Shown one piece after another: positions 1-8,644 of a DNA stretch of 64,000 bases. The position numbers and the translations under genes are program-made. The notes beneath the pieces were generated by a model that had not been told where the DNA came from, did no database searches, and was given only the letters and a program-made list of their open reading frames with translations. Within the stretch, counting starts at the first letter, position 1. Every line of letters begins with the position of its first letter. The stretch is from a virus: IMG/VR virus record IMGVR_UViG_3300045541_000131, positions 1 through 64,000 of that record. One strand, given 5' to 3'.

Positions 1-2
1 CT

Positions 3-332
3 ATTCTTTATCTAAGTGCTAAAGAAACAGTCGGCGCAGCAGCATTAGGCACAGCTTGTGACTTAACTGCTAAAGCATTCGTCGAATTGATTTGGATGTC
101 TAAGGATATACAAAAAGCCATTGGCAACAAGAACAAGCAGATTTTAACAGATGCTATTGCCTTTACCCTAGCCAAGAGCATCGACAAGGCAGCTGGTGCT
201 ATGATTGTTCCACAAAGTTGTGCTGCGGTTGTTGCTGGTATTGTAACAACGCTGGTAGCACAGCTGGCCTGCGAACAAACATTACCAAGTGGTGCTCGCG
301 AATGGGCCACAGTAGGTGCTAGTGGACTATAA
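3..332 (+). CDS. hypothetical protein, 5' truncated by window edge
   Basis: Frame of ORF 87..332 is open back to position 3 (ILYLSAKETVGAAALG...). Confidence 0.6.
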   Translation: MLYLSAKETVGAAALGTACDLTAKAFVELIWMSKDIQKAIGNKNKQILTDAIAFTLAKSIDKAAGAMIVPQSCAAVVAGIVTTLVAQLACEQTLPSGAREWATVGASGL

Positions 333-341
333 GGATAAACA

Positions 342-740
342 ATGGATAATATAGCAGATCTAATTGGTAAGTATGGTTTCCCTATCGTCAGTGCTGCTGG
401 CATGGGATACTTCATATACTATGTGTGGACTTGGGTAACTAAAGAAATTAAACCAGTTATTGGATCTGCTAACGGCACCTTAATTGCTCTTATTGACCGT
501 ATCCGTATGTTAGACAATGACCTTATTAGATTAAATCAAAAAGTCGAAACTGTTCTACAACTACGCGGTAAGACCATTGACAAAGAGCGTATTATTGCTG
601 AACAAGAAATTAATATAGATCCGTTTAAGAAGAAAAAGGAAGAAGATGCTGCTAAGAAGGCTGCTGAGGTTCCCATCGGCGGTCCTAAAGGAAGAAAGGC
701 TACAGCACAAGAAATCAAAGATGCTGCTGGCGACGATTAA
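342..740 (+). CDS. membrane protein (N-terminal TM plus coiled coil; holin-like)
   Basis: AAGGA RBS; GFPIVSAAGMGYFIYYVW hydrophobic segment. Confidence 0.6.
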   Translation: MDNIADLIGKYGFPIVSAAGMGYFIYYVWTWVTKEIKPVIGSANGTLIALIDRIRMLDNDLIRLNQKVETVLQLRGKTIDKERIIAEQEINIDPFKKKKEEDAAKKAAEVPIGGPKGRKATAQEIKDAAGDD

Positions 741-1447
741 TGACTGAATTATTGTACACATTAATTGTCACGCATATAACTATTATTTGTGTAACAATCT
801 ACTTACATAGGGGACAGGCACACAGGGGTTTGACTTTTCATCCTGTATTAGAACATTTCTTTAGATTTTGGCTGTGGATTACTACAGGCATGGTCACTAA
901 AGAATGGGTAGCAATACATCGTAAGCATCACAGATTCTGCGAACAAGAAGAGGATCCGCATAGTCCACATCATTACGGCATTTTTAAAGTTTTATTTGGC
1001 GGAGCTTTTTTATATGCTAATGCCGGTAAAGATTCAGCAATGATCAAGGCATATGGTGTAGGCACTCCAGACGATTGGATAGAGCAAAAATTATATACTG
1101 CTCATCCATGGCTAGGTATAGTGTTAATGTTAGTTATTAACTTATTGTTATTTGGCTTCTGGGGATTTTTAATTTGGGGAATTCAAATGATTTGGATTCC
1201 ATTCTGGGCTGCTGGCGTTATCAATGGCCTAGGACATTGGTGGGGATATCGTAATGGAGAAACAAAAGACAGAAGCACAAATATTAGCCCGTGGGGTATA
1301 CTTATTGGCGGCGAGTGTCTTCATAATAACCATCATCTTGACCCTGCTAACCCCAGACTAAGCAGACGATGGTTTGAATTTGATATAGGATGGTTCTATA
1401 TCAAAGTCTTTGAATTTTTACGACTGCTAAAAATTAGAACTTTTTAA
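740..1447 (+). CDS. membrane fatty acid (delta-9 acyl-CoA type) desaturase
   Basis: Three His boxes HRGQAH, HRKHH, HNNHH; TM segments. Confidence 0.92.
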   Translation: MTELLYTLIVTHITIICVTIYLHRGQAHRGLTFHPVLEHFFRFWLWITTGMVTKEWVAIHRKHHRFCEQEEDPHSPHHYGIFKVLFGGAFLYANAGKDSAMIKAYGVGTPDDWIEQKLYTAHPWLGIVLMLVINLLLFGFWGFLIWGIQMIWIPFWAAGVINGLGHWWGYRNGETKDRSTNISPWGILIGGECLHNNHHLDPANPRLSRRWFEFDIGWFYIKVFEFLRLLKIRTF

Positions 1448-1450
1448 GCA

Positions 1451-3520
1451 TCATTTGCTTGTAGCTCTGAATACTCCGTCCCAATCACTAGGCAAGTTAG
1501 CGTTACTCATTTCCTCAATACGCTCTAACCATAGGTCATAGTATTGATCCATGCCGCCATCGAAGTTACCTTTTAGCTCGTTTACTAACTGAATAGCTGC
1601 ACCCCAGTTTTGTCTGCGGTATTCAATCAACATTTGATTGTGCTGTTCCTTGGCAACTTTCCATTGAACTTTCTTAACTTCAGTATCAGGATTAAAGAAC
1701 ACCGTAAAGATTGTTACACCTTCTGTTTTACCTTTAACAGCAATACAATCTAGCTCTACAGTAAAGTATTCATTGCCCAATCGTTCAGCGGTAATGGGAC
1801 CTAATACTATAAGAACTCCGTAATTTTTACTCTGTCCTTCTAAACGACTAGCCAAATTAACAGCGTCGCCAAGGCAAGTATAGTCAAAGCGTTGCTCACT
1901 ACCCATATTACCAACCACAACAACACCAGTATTAATACCAATTCCCATGCCGAACGGAGGAACCCCTTCGCCTGATATCTCTTTATTAAATCCATCTAAA
2001 TCTCCCAGCATTTCTAACGCGGCTTTAACAGCATCTTTACAATGCTTGGTTTCGTCTAATGGTGCGTTCCAGAATGCCATCTGTGCGTCACCGATATACT
2101 TGTCTAATGTTCCCGAATTCTCAAGTATCTTACGAGTCATGGCAGTCATGTAACGGTTCATGATTTTTGTAAGACCTTGAACATCTTTACCGTAATGTTC
2201 ACTAATACTTGTGAAGCCGCGAACATCAGTAAACATAATTGACAGTTCTTTTTCTTCACCGCCTAGCTTTAGTAAACTAGGATCTTTAATTAGTTTAGCA
2301 ACTAGGTCTGGACTTAGGTAACTGCTAAACTGTTTCTTAATCTGTTGCTTGAGTAAGAACTCTGTAATAAACTTGCTGACATAAGCATGGAAAGCAACGA
2401 TTAACAAGCCCACGCTAAATGCTGTAGCATCAAACAAATACTGATATTCATGGTAAGCATACATACTAGCTGCTATGCTGCCATAGATAATAACACCAGT
2501 AGTAACGACACCAATATAAGTCCAACGCATTAAGAATATCATTAACACGCCGGCAATGAAAATACTAGCAATCTCAATATGGTCGGCATAAGTGCTACGC
2601 TGAATATTATGTTGATTTAGCATTGTGCCTATTAAAGTAGCTTGCATAGCCTGCGGCCATACTTCTCCTTGTGCTGTGGCCACAGGATTGATCAAGCCAG
2701 CAGCAGCTAGACCGACTACAACAATTCCGCCTTCAAAACTTTCGGGCAATTTAGCAAGGCTATGCTCCTGTGGTTTGTTTCGCCAGTCAATCCAAACACG
2801 GCTCAAATTGTCTGTTTCGATTTTACCTAACTTAGGAATACGCATAGCATCGACTCCTAAGTCGCCCACTTTAACTTGTACCTTAGAATCTTGTAGTGCC
2901 ACTCGAACTACTTCAGCAGCCAAGGCAGGGTGTACATTCTCGCCAGCTGCAATAACTAGAGGCATACGACGAACAACACCGTCGATCTCGGGAAATGTGT
3001 TAACAACACCTATGCCTGCGGCTCTTTCATTTAGAATATCTACAGAATTTATCAAGCCAGGATATTCTACAAACTTGCCTGCAGGATCTTGCCCGACTAA
3101 TTGTACAGCACTGCCGCGGTCTGTATTTTTTCCTTTAGTGCTGCCAACAGCAGGCAGCACAACAGGGTATTGTTCCAAAGTCTTTGCCAATGTGCCGTCT
3201 TGTTTGAATCTGTCAGCTTCGGGCATCAGCACATTGAATACAACTAGGCCGGCTTCTCGCTTGTATAACTCTTTAACAATGTCTGCGTAGGTATTTCTGG
3301 GAAAAGGAAACTGGCCATATTTGTCTAGACTATCTTCGTCGATATTTACTACATGTACAGGAGCATCTGCTTTTTCTTGGCTGGTAATTAGTTGATCAAA
3401 ATAACGAAGCCTAATGCTTTCTACAAAACTAGGATCCCAGAATCTTATAGCAACTATAACTACCAGTGTCACTAGTGCTATCCATGGATTTAAGTATATT
3501 TTTTTGGCTTCGTTTTTCAT
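1451..3520 (-). CDS. CHASE2-domain class III adenylate/guanylate cyclase
   Basis: VNIDE..L..YGQFPFPR and DGVVRRMPL (CHASE2); 3 TMs; FTDVRGFT, DKYIGDA, GDAVNLASRLEG catalytic motifs. Confidence 0.95.
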   Translation of the reverse strand: MKNEAKKIYLNPWIALVTLVVIVAIRFWDPSFVESIRLRYFDQLITSQEKADAPVHVVNIDEDSLDKYGQFPFPRNTYADIVKELYKREAGLVVFNVLMPEADRFKQDGTLAKTLEQYPVVLPAVGSTKGKNTDRGSAVQLVGQDPAGKFVEYPGLINSVDILNERAAGIGVVNTFPEIDGVVRRMPLVIAAGENVHPALAAEVVRVALQDSKVQVKVGDLGVDAMRIPKLGKIETDNLSRVWIDWRNKPQEHSLAKLPESFEGGIVVVGLAAAGLINPVATAQGEVWPQAMQATLIGTMLNQHNIQRSTYADHIEIASIFIAGVLMIFLMRWTYIGVVTTGVIIYGSIAASMYAYHEYQYLFDATAFSVGLLIVAFHAYVSKFITEFLLKQQIKKQFSSYLSPDLVAKLIKDPSLLKLGGEEKELSIMFTDVRGFTSISEHYGKDVQGLTKIMNRYMTAMTRKILENSGTLDKYIGDAQMAFWNAPLDETKHCKDAVKAALEMLGDLDGFNKEISGEGVPPFGMGIGINTGVVVVGNMGSEQRFDYTCLGDAVNLASRLEGQSKNYGVLIVLGPITAERLGNEYFTVELDCIAVKGKTEGVTIFTVFFNPDTEVKKVQWKVAKEQHNQMLIEYRRQNWGAAIQLVNELKGNFDGGMDQYYDLWLERIEEMSNANLPSDWDGVFRATSK

Positions 3521-3552
3521 AACAGTTTCCTTGATAATTTATTTATCGGCCA

Positions 3553-3582
3553 ATAAAAAAGGCCATGCAGGCCTTATTTTTT
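3553..3582. terminator. intrinsic terminator-like hairpin
   Basis: aaaaaaggcc-atgca-ggccttattttt at the end of the glycosyltransferase gene. Confidence 0.55.
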
Positions 3583-4569
3583 ATCCACTAAATTGTCTTT
3601 AAATATTTTCCATGCATGGTCCCAAGTCCATCGTTCGCTGCCTTGTAAAACTTGATTTCGATCCATTTGTAAACACTGATTTATAGACTCTGACAAATCT
3701 TCACTCATGTAACCGGTTATGCTTTGATCAACAACATCTATAGGACCTTGACAGGGATATGCTGCAACTGGTGTGCCGCAGGCCATGGCTTCTATCATTA
3801 CTATGCCGAATGTTTCCCAACGACTAGGGAATACAAACACTTCTGCATTGGCATAGTAACGAGCTAAATCTACGCCGGTTTTAAATCCTGTAAAGACAAC
3901 ATCAGGATATTGTTTTTTATAAGTTTCTAACATAGGACCATCGCCTACCATAATTTTTTGATAGCCTGGGTAGTCTAACTTAAAGAAGTCCTCCAAGTTT
4001 TTTTCTTTGCTGACACGACTGACGCAGAGTAAATATTTGCTGGGCAAGTTTTCTCTGAGCACAGGCGAAAAAACATCACGATCCACGCCGCGGGTCCAGG
4101 ATATAATTTCTCCGGTAAAACCATTTTCCTTTAATTGATTTACCATGCTATCAGTTGTAGTCAATACCTTGCCACTGTGTTTATGAAACCAACGGATTAC
4201 AGGCCAAGTAAAGGCTTCAGGTATTCCAAATAAAGTGCGGAGTCCTTCAGGAAACTTAGTGTGATAAGCAGTATTGTAGCGATAATTAAGTTTTGAAAGA
4301 TATTTTCTAGCAAACAAACCAACAGGACCTTCTGTGGCGATGTGGATATAATCCGGACATAACGCCTCAATCTTCTGGCCGATCTTCCGGGGATAGGCAA
4401 TCTTGACTTCGTTGTAGCCAGGACAATCAATGTAGCCGAAGTCCCTGGGAGTAATGTAAACAACGCGATAACCGTCACGAACCGCACAAGCCTCGATATT
4501 TTTGTAGGTCGTAACCACGCCATTTATTTGGTCCGGTAAATTATCTGTAATAATTAATAAGGTCTTCAC
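3574..4569 (-). CDS. GT4 family glycosyltransferase (Agt-like glycolipid synthase)
   Basis: QINGVV, HIATEGPVG, YHTKFPE, RVSKEKN, ETFGIVMIEAMACGTPV. Confidence 0.9.
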   Translation of the reverse strand: MKTLLIITDNLPDQINGVVTTYKNIEACAVRDGYRVVYITPRDFGYIDCPGYNEVKIAYPRKIGQKIEALCPDYIHIATEGPVGLFARKYLSKLNYRYNTAYHTKFPEGLRTLFGIPEAFTWPVIRWFHKHSGKVLTTTDSMVNQLKENGFTGEIISWTRGVDRDVFSPVLRENLPSKYLLCVSRVSKEKNLEDFFKLDYPGYQKIMVGDGPMLETYKKQYPDVVFTGFKTGVDLARYYANAEVFVFPSRWETFGIVMIEAMACGTPVAAYPCQGPIDVVDQSITGYMSEDLSESINQCLQMDRNQVLQGSERWTWDHAWKIFKDNLVDKK

Positions 4570-4697
4570 TTTACTGATTCTGTATGCTTATGCTTTAAAC
4601 TTTTCTTTAACAGTTTAAACCATGTCTTTTTTTCTTGTTCGGCGTCATGCTGGACGCAGGCCTTGTAATGTTTTTTGATCAACTTTTTTACTTTCAT
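4566..4697 (-). CDS. small basic hypothetical protein (43 aa, not in ORF track)
   Basis: MKVKKLIKKHYKAC...; GGAGG RBS; stop overlaps the GT start. Confidence 0.45.
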   Translation of the reverse strand: MKVKKLIKKHYKACVQHDAEQEKKTWFKLLKKSLKHKHTESVK

Positions 4698-4863
4698 AAC
4701 AACCTCCTTGAATCTTAAAACTATCAAACTTCAACCAGTATTCTACTGATTTCAGAGCTTGTTCACATTCCGTCTGTGTCTGAAACTTTATTACTGCTCT
4801 CCCGGGAATGTCGGCGGGATTGTTTGCGTGAACTGCTATCAGTATTAGTAACCACATTGTCAC
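4645..4863 (-). CDS. small secreted/membrane hypothetical protein
   Basis: Hydrophobic N-terminus, F.T..EC..A motif; AAGGAG RBS. Confidence 0.5.
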   Translation of the reverse strand: MTMWLLILIAVHANNPADIPGRAVIKFQTQTECEQALKSVEYWLKFDSFKIQGGCYESKKVDQKTLQGLRPA

Positions 4864-5611
4864 TCTCCTTGGTCCAAGTTACGATTTCCCAGCGACCATC
4901 ATGATGTTCAACTAATGCTGTCATCGATTCTACCCAGTCACCGTCATTCATATAAACAACACCATCTATTTCTTTGATCTCGGCATGATGAATGTGGCCG
5001 CAGATCACGCCATCAAAGCCTCGTTTTTTACAATATGCTACTAAATTCTTTTCAAACTGAAATATAAAATCAACGGCTTTTTTTACTCGCTGTTTCAAAT
5101 ATTGACTCAAACTCCAATAGCCAAATCCAAATTTGTGACGCCACCAATTGAACTTGTTGTTTAGCCATAATACAACATCATATGCTTTGTCACCTAAGAA
5201 TGCCAGCCAAGGAGCTAATCTAGTAATACCATCAAACAAATCTCCGTGTATCACAAGATAATGTCGGCCATCTACGCCAATATGTTCAGTTTGATTGGTT
5301 ACTTCAACGTTGCCAAAGCCTATATTATAGGGCATGAGTGGTCGCAAAAATTCATCATGATTGCCTGCCACATAAATCACGCGAGTGCCACGTTTGGCAT
5401 GACCTAATATTCGTCTGACAACATTAGTATGACTTTGCTTCCAACGCCATTTATTTTGTTGTATACGCCAAACATCTAAAATATCTCCTACTAAGTACAA
5501 TGTCTCGCAAGTATTATGCTTAAGAAAATTGTTTAGTTGTTCGGCTTTACTGTCTCTGGTACCCAGGTGTACATCACTGACAAAAATAGCACGATAAGTC
5601 TTTTGGATCAT
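4763..5611 (-). CDS. metallophosphoesterase, LpxH/PlcP phospholipase C-like
   Basis: SDVHLG, GDILD, GNHD, HGDLFD, CGHIH, YMNDGDWVES; adjacent to GT4 gene. Confidence 0.88.
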   Translation of the reverse strand: MIQKTYRAIFVSDVHLGTRDSKAEQLNNFLKHNTCETLYLVGDILDVWRIQQNKWRWKQSHTNVVRRILGHAKRGTRVIYVAGNHDEFLRPLMPYNIGFGNVEVTNQTEHIGVDGRHYLVIHGDLFDGITRLAPWLAFLGDKAYDVVLWLNNKFNWWRHKFGFGYWSLSQYLKQRVKKAVDFIFQFEKNLVAYCKKRGFDGVICGHIHHAEIKEIDGVVYMNDGDWVESMTALVEHHDGRWEIVTWTKESDNVVTNTDSSSRKQSRRHSRESSNKVSDTDGM

Positions 5612-5633
5612 AGTAATATTTATCGTAGACTCG

Positions 5634-5650
5634 ATTACAAATCAATTACA
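5634..5650 (-). promoter_or_regulatory. Pho-box-like direct repeat upstream of plcP-like gene
   Basis: TGTAAT-N5-TGTAAT (11-bp period) on minus strand, followed by ATAAATA and the ATG. Confidence 0.5.
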
Positions 5651-5654
5651 CAAT

Positions 5655-5720
5655 AAAAAAGGCCCTTACGGGCCTTGCTGGTTACGGATATCCAGCACCA
5701 CCTTATCTTGTGGTCGGTTC
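5655..5720 (-). ncRNA. candidate small structured RNA with own promoter and terminator
   Basis: TATAAATA at 5724-5731 (minus); hairpins ACCAC/GTGGT and GCTGG/CCAGC; then terminator AAGGCCC-GTAA-GGGCCTTTTTT. Confidence 0.5.
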
Positions 5721-5740
5721 TATTATTTATATAATCAAAG

Positions 5741-5757
5741 ATTACAAAATGATTACA
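5741..5757 (-). promoter_or_regulatory. second Pho-box-like direct repeat
   Basis: TGTAAT-N5-TGTAAT on minus strand upstream of TATAAATA. Confidence 0.45.
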
Positions 5758-5760
5758 AAG

Positions 5761-6369
5761 TTAAACAAACTTGGGTCCATATACCCAAGATACAGCAGTA
5801 ATTCTATGTCCGGCTGTTACTGGTTCGACTTTATGTGGTATCCAGCTCGGAAATGCTATCAACTCACCTTTTTTAAATCTGATACGCTCGGGATTATCTC
5901 CGTGGGGCATTAGTAAAAAGTCGCCGCCTTCATATTCGTCGTCTTCTGTTAATGCCAGAACAAGACTCATTTTACGCATGATAGGATCATTACGAACTAC
6001 GATATCATTATGAAATTTATAATGACCACCAATGGGGTATCGTGTGTACTGTATCGATTCCATGGCATCTAAATGCATACCATAATGCCAATAATTTATT
6101 CTATCGATTTTATCAATTAAAAAATCAAAAATAGGTTTTGATTGTTCATTATGGTGAATCCAGCTCAATTTGCTTACTCGAACAGAGTCAACAACACGAC
6201 TTTCGTTTACGCCGCCGCCGACTTTTGCGTCCATTTCATCTATAGATTCGCCGAGATCAATGAATCGTTTTACCATATCGTCATCGGCGCAATCTTTCCA
6301 AAGAAAATAATTCTTTGCAAAATAATTTTCATTCCACTTGGTAGTTAATGTTCGATTAAATTTATGCAT
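5761..6369 (-). CDS. 2OG-Fe(II) oxygenase (PKHD/prolyl-hydroxylase-like)
   Basis: HND...RKMS...YEGGDF...HKVEPV...R facial triad and 2OG-binding Arg. Confidence 0.9.
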   Translation of the reverse strand: MHKFNRTLTTKWNENYFAKNYFLWKDCADDDMVKRFIDLGESIDEMDAKVGGGVNESRVVDSVRVSKLSWIHHNEQSKPIFDFLIDKIDRINYWHYGMHLDAMESIQYTRYPIGGHYKFHNDIVVRNDPIMRKMSLVLALTEDDEYEGGDFLLMPHGDNPERIRFKKGELIAFPSWIPHKVEPVTAGHRITAVSWVYGPKFV

Positions 6370-6398
6370 AAAAATATTTAATCGACATTGCCAATAAA

Positions 6399-6638
6399 TT
6401 ATGGTCGTTTAATCGGCAATCTGGCTCTGCTAGCAAAATTTAACTTCTTTAATTCTTCTTCTAGTCGACGCTGGTCTTCTAGTCGCTTTTCTTCTTCAGC
6501 TCGACGAGCCAAATAATCCTGATAACGCTCTTCTAATGTGCGTGACTTTATGCCCAATTCTTTTTGTAATTTTCTTGTTTGGGCTAATATCTTTTCGTAT
6601 CGTTGCTGTAACTCGTCTGGGAATAACTGTTCTGCCAT
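6399..6638 (-). CDS. hypothetical coiled-coil protein
   Basis: Charged helical ORF translationally coupled to the upstream gene. Confidence 0.55.
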   Translation of the reverse strand: MAEQLFPDELQQRYEKILAQTRKLQKELGIKSRTLEERYQDYLARRAEEEKRLEDQRRLEEELKKLNFASRARLPIKRP

Positions 6639-8644
6639 TAACCCCCACCGCCTTGTGTTACACTAACGCTACAGCCCGATAAATTAGCACATTGTTGAGT
6701 AATACTGTATACTTGATTAGTGCTACCTTGTTGTAGCAATGTCAATGAACTGGCGCCACCAACATTGGCAAGATTGATAGTGGCTTTATGACTACCTGCT
6801 CCGGTTTGTGTAATATTTGCGCTATTACCATTGCCAGTCATAGTCAAATCTAAGAAGTGATTACCTGTGCCACTTTGTAAGATGGTTTCGTTGTTATTGT
6901 TACCTGTAATAGATATGAAAGCCAACTTTTCACCGTTGTTGCTTTGTGTAACTCTATGTGTACCTCCACTACCGGCCATCGTGTAATTTAAAAAATGTCC
7001 GCTGTTTGTACCACCGTCGTTGCCTTGTCGGAATATGTAAGTTCCTACATCACCGGTAATAGATACACGAGAAATATGACCGCCGCTTTCCGCACCGTCT
7101 TGTGCTCCTGTTGTAGTATTTCTAGCCTGACTTATAGTAACATTATTACCGTTGCCTTGAACTCTTAATTCAATAAGGTTTCTGCCACTAAGTGTATCGC
7201 CTTGTTTGATATCAACGGCTGTGCCAAAGCCAGCAACATGAGCATTAGTTCCTGCGCCGCCCAGACCCTGCACTCTGTTATAGTTACCTGTCTGTTCAAT
7301 TGTTACACTATTACCAGACCCGTCTGTATACAGGTCAATTCTGTTGCCTAATCCAATAGCATTTCTTCTTACACGAGCAGCATCTAATAAAGCCTGCTGA
7401 GCAGAAGTTATATTGCTACTAAAGCAATCACTACAAACGCTACCTGCTTGTCCTGGGTTAGCAGGAGTTCCACCCGATCCTGTATCAGTACTAGTGATAC
7501 CATCGTTTAAATCATAGTAATAGGTAACTTCAGCAATCTGCATACTATCGCAATTTAGACCGCATCCATCACCTGCCTTAGTTGTGGGGAATAAAATGAA
7601 GTAATAAACATAAGCTGTAGTGTTTGCTACAGTTATTTCGGGACTAGTCCAAAAACGAGTGTCACTTAATGTCAAAGTATCTTGTTTAATCAGTGTCCAG
7701 TTAACACCATCATTACTGCCATATAGTTTGTAACTGGTAGGATCACGACCAGGAAAGTCATTGGCAGTGGTAATGGTAAACTTTTGAACTACACGACCTT
7801 GACTTAACTTTACAGTAACACCTGCGTTCTTTTTATCAAAGTTCAAATACTTTGTGCTAGTGTTGCCATCAAAGGCATTGGCAGCACCTTCCCCGTTCGG
7901 ACTGTTATAAGTAGTGGGGTAGATATTGCTAATAACTACGGGGCTACTAGTTGTTCTAATAACTTGCCAATTGTTTGTTGCTGGTGGTTGAGGACAGTCA
8001 TTGGTACAACCTGTGGTAGCCGTTTGACTAGGTGCCGCCACAGTTTCGAATCCACTGCTACTAGGCAATGCACAGTTGCTGGGTGCCATAGATAAGTTTG
8101 TACATTGTCCAGCATAGACTCCTAACTGAACAGCGTTATTATCCACCACATTATTACTCATGGCGCTGAATGTTATGGTATATGTGGTGCCAGCAGTTAA
8201 TGTCACAGCTTGATAGATACTGTCAAAGCTGCCCACAGCGCCGTCGATCCATTGACCGTTACTCCACGTACCAGCAGCACTGGGATATATGCCACTTTGA
8301 TAACCTACGCCCCAAGCAGTAGGAGCATTAATATTAACTTGTCCATAATTGGCTGTGTTTACAGTTAAATTTCCGCCTGTAGTAAAATCAGGATTGGTTA
8401 ATAAGTTAGTAGTCTGCCCCTGAACAGTTAGTCGAGCATTGTCAAAGTACCAATAAGCAGGATCCTGTCTAAAGGCAAACATGATATATTGGCTACCACT
8501 AACAGTAGCAGTAAAGTTAAAACTGTATGTGGCCCACTGGTTAGCCGTATTGTTTTGAACTCTGCCAACCCAACCACTGGGCAATGTCTGTGCATGTGCA
8601 ATGGATGTTATGAACAAAAATAAAAATAAAAATATTTTTTTCAT
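6638..8644 (-). CDS. secreted protein: carbohydrate-binding-like domain, F5/8 type C (discoidin) domain and C-terminal curlin repeats
   Basis: Signal peptide; NAFDGNTSTKY...TANDFPGRDP..YKLYGSNDG..W...MQIAEV; repeated QxGxxN motifs. Confidence 0.75.
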   Translation of the reverse strand: MKKIFLFLFLFITSIAHAQTLPSGWVGRVQNNTANQWATYSFNFTATVSGSQYIMFAFRQDPAYWYFDNARLTVQGQTTNLLTNPDFTTGGNLTVNTANYGQVNINAPTAWGVGYQSGIYPSAAGTWSNGQWIDGAVGSFDSIYQAVTLTAGTTYTITFSAMSNNVVDNNAVQLGVYAGQCTNLSMAPSNCALPSSSGFETVAAPSQTATTGCTNDCPQPPATNNWQVIRTTSSPVVISNIYPTTYNSPNGEGAANAFDGNTSTKYLNFDKKNAGVTVKLSQGRVVQKFTITTANDFPGRDPTSYKLYGSNDGVNWTLIKQDTLTLSDTRFWTSPEITVANTTAYVYYFILFPTTKAGDGCGLNCDSMQIAEVTYYYDLNDGITSTDTGSGGTPANPGQAGSVCSDCFSSNITSAQQALLDAARVRRNAIGLGNRIDLYTDGSGNSVTIEQTGNYNRVQGLGGAGTNAHVAGFGTAVDIKQGDTLSGRNLIELRVQGNGNNVTISQARNTTTGAQDGAESGGHISRVSITGDVGTYIFRQGNDGGTNSGHFLNYTMAGSGGTHRVTQSNNGEKLAFISITGNNNNETILQSGTGNHFLDLTMTGNGNSANITQTGAGSHKATINLANVGGASSLTLLQQGSTNQVYSITQQCANLSGCSVSVTQGGGG

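Noticed and set aside
1947-3290. Antisense ORFs inside the cyclase (and similar shadow ORFs elsewhere, e.g. 43605-44174, 56753-57151)
   Set aside because: They lie opposite well-supported genes, have no motifs, and are expected from codon bias.
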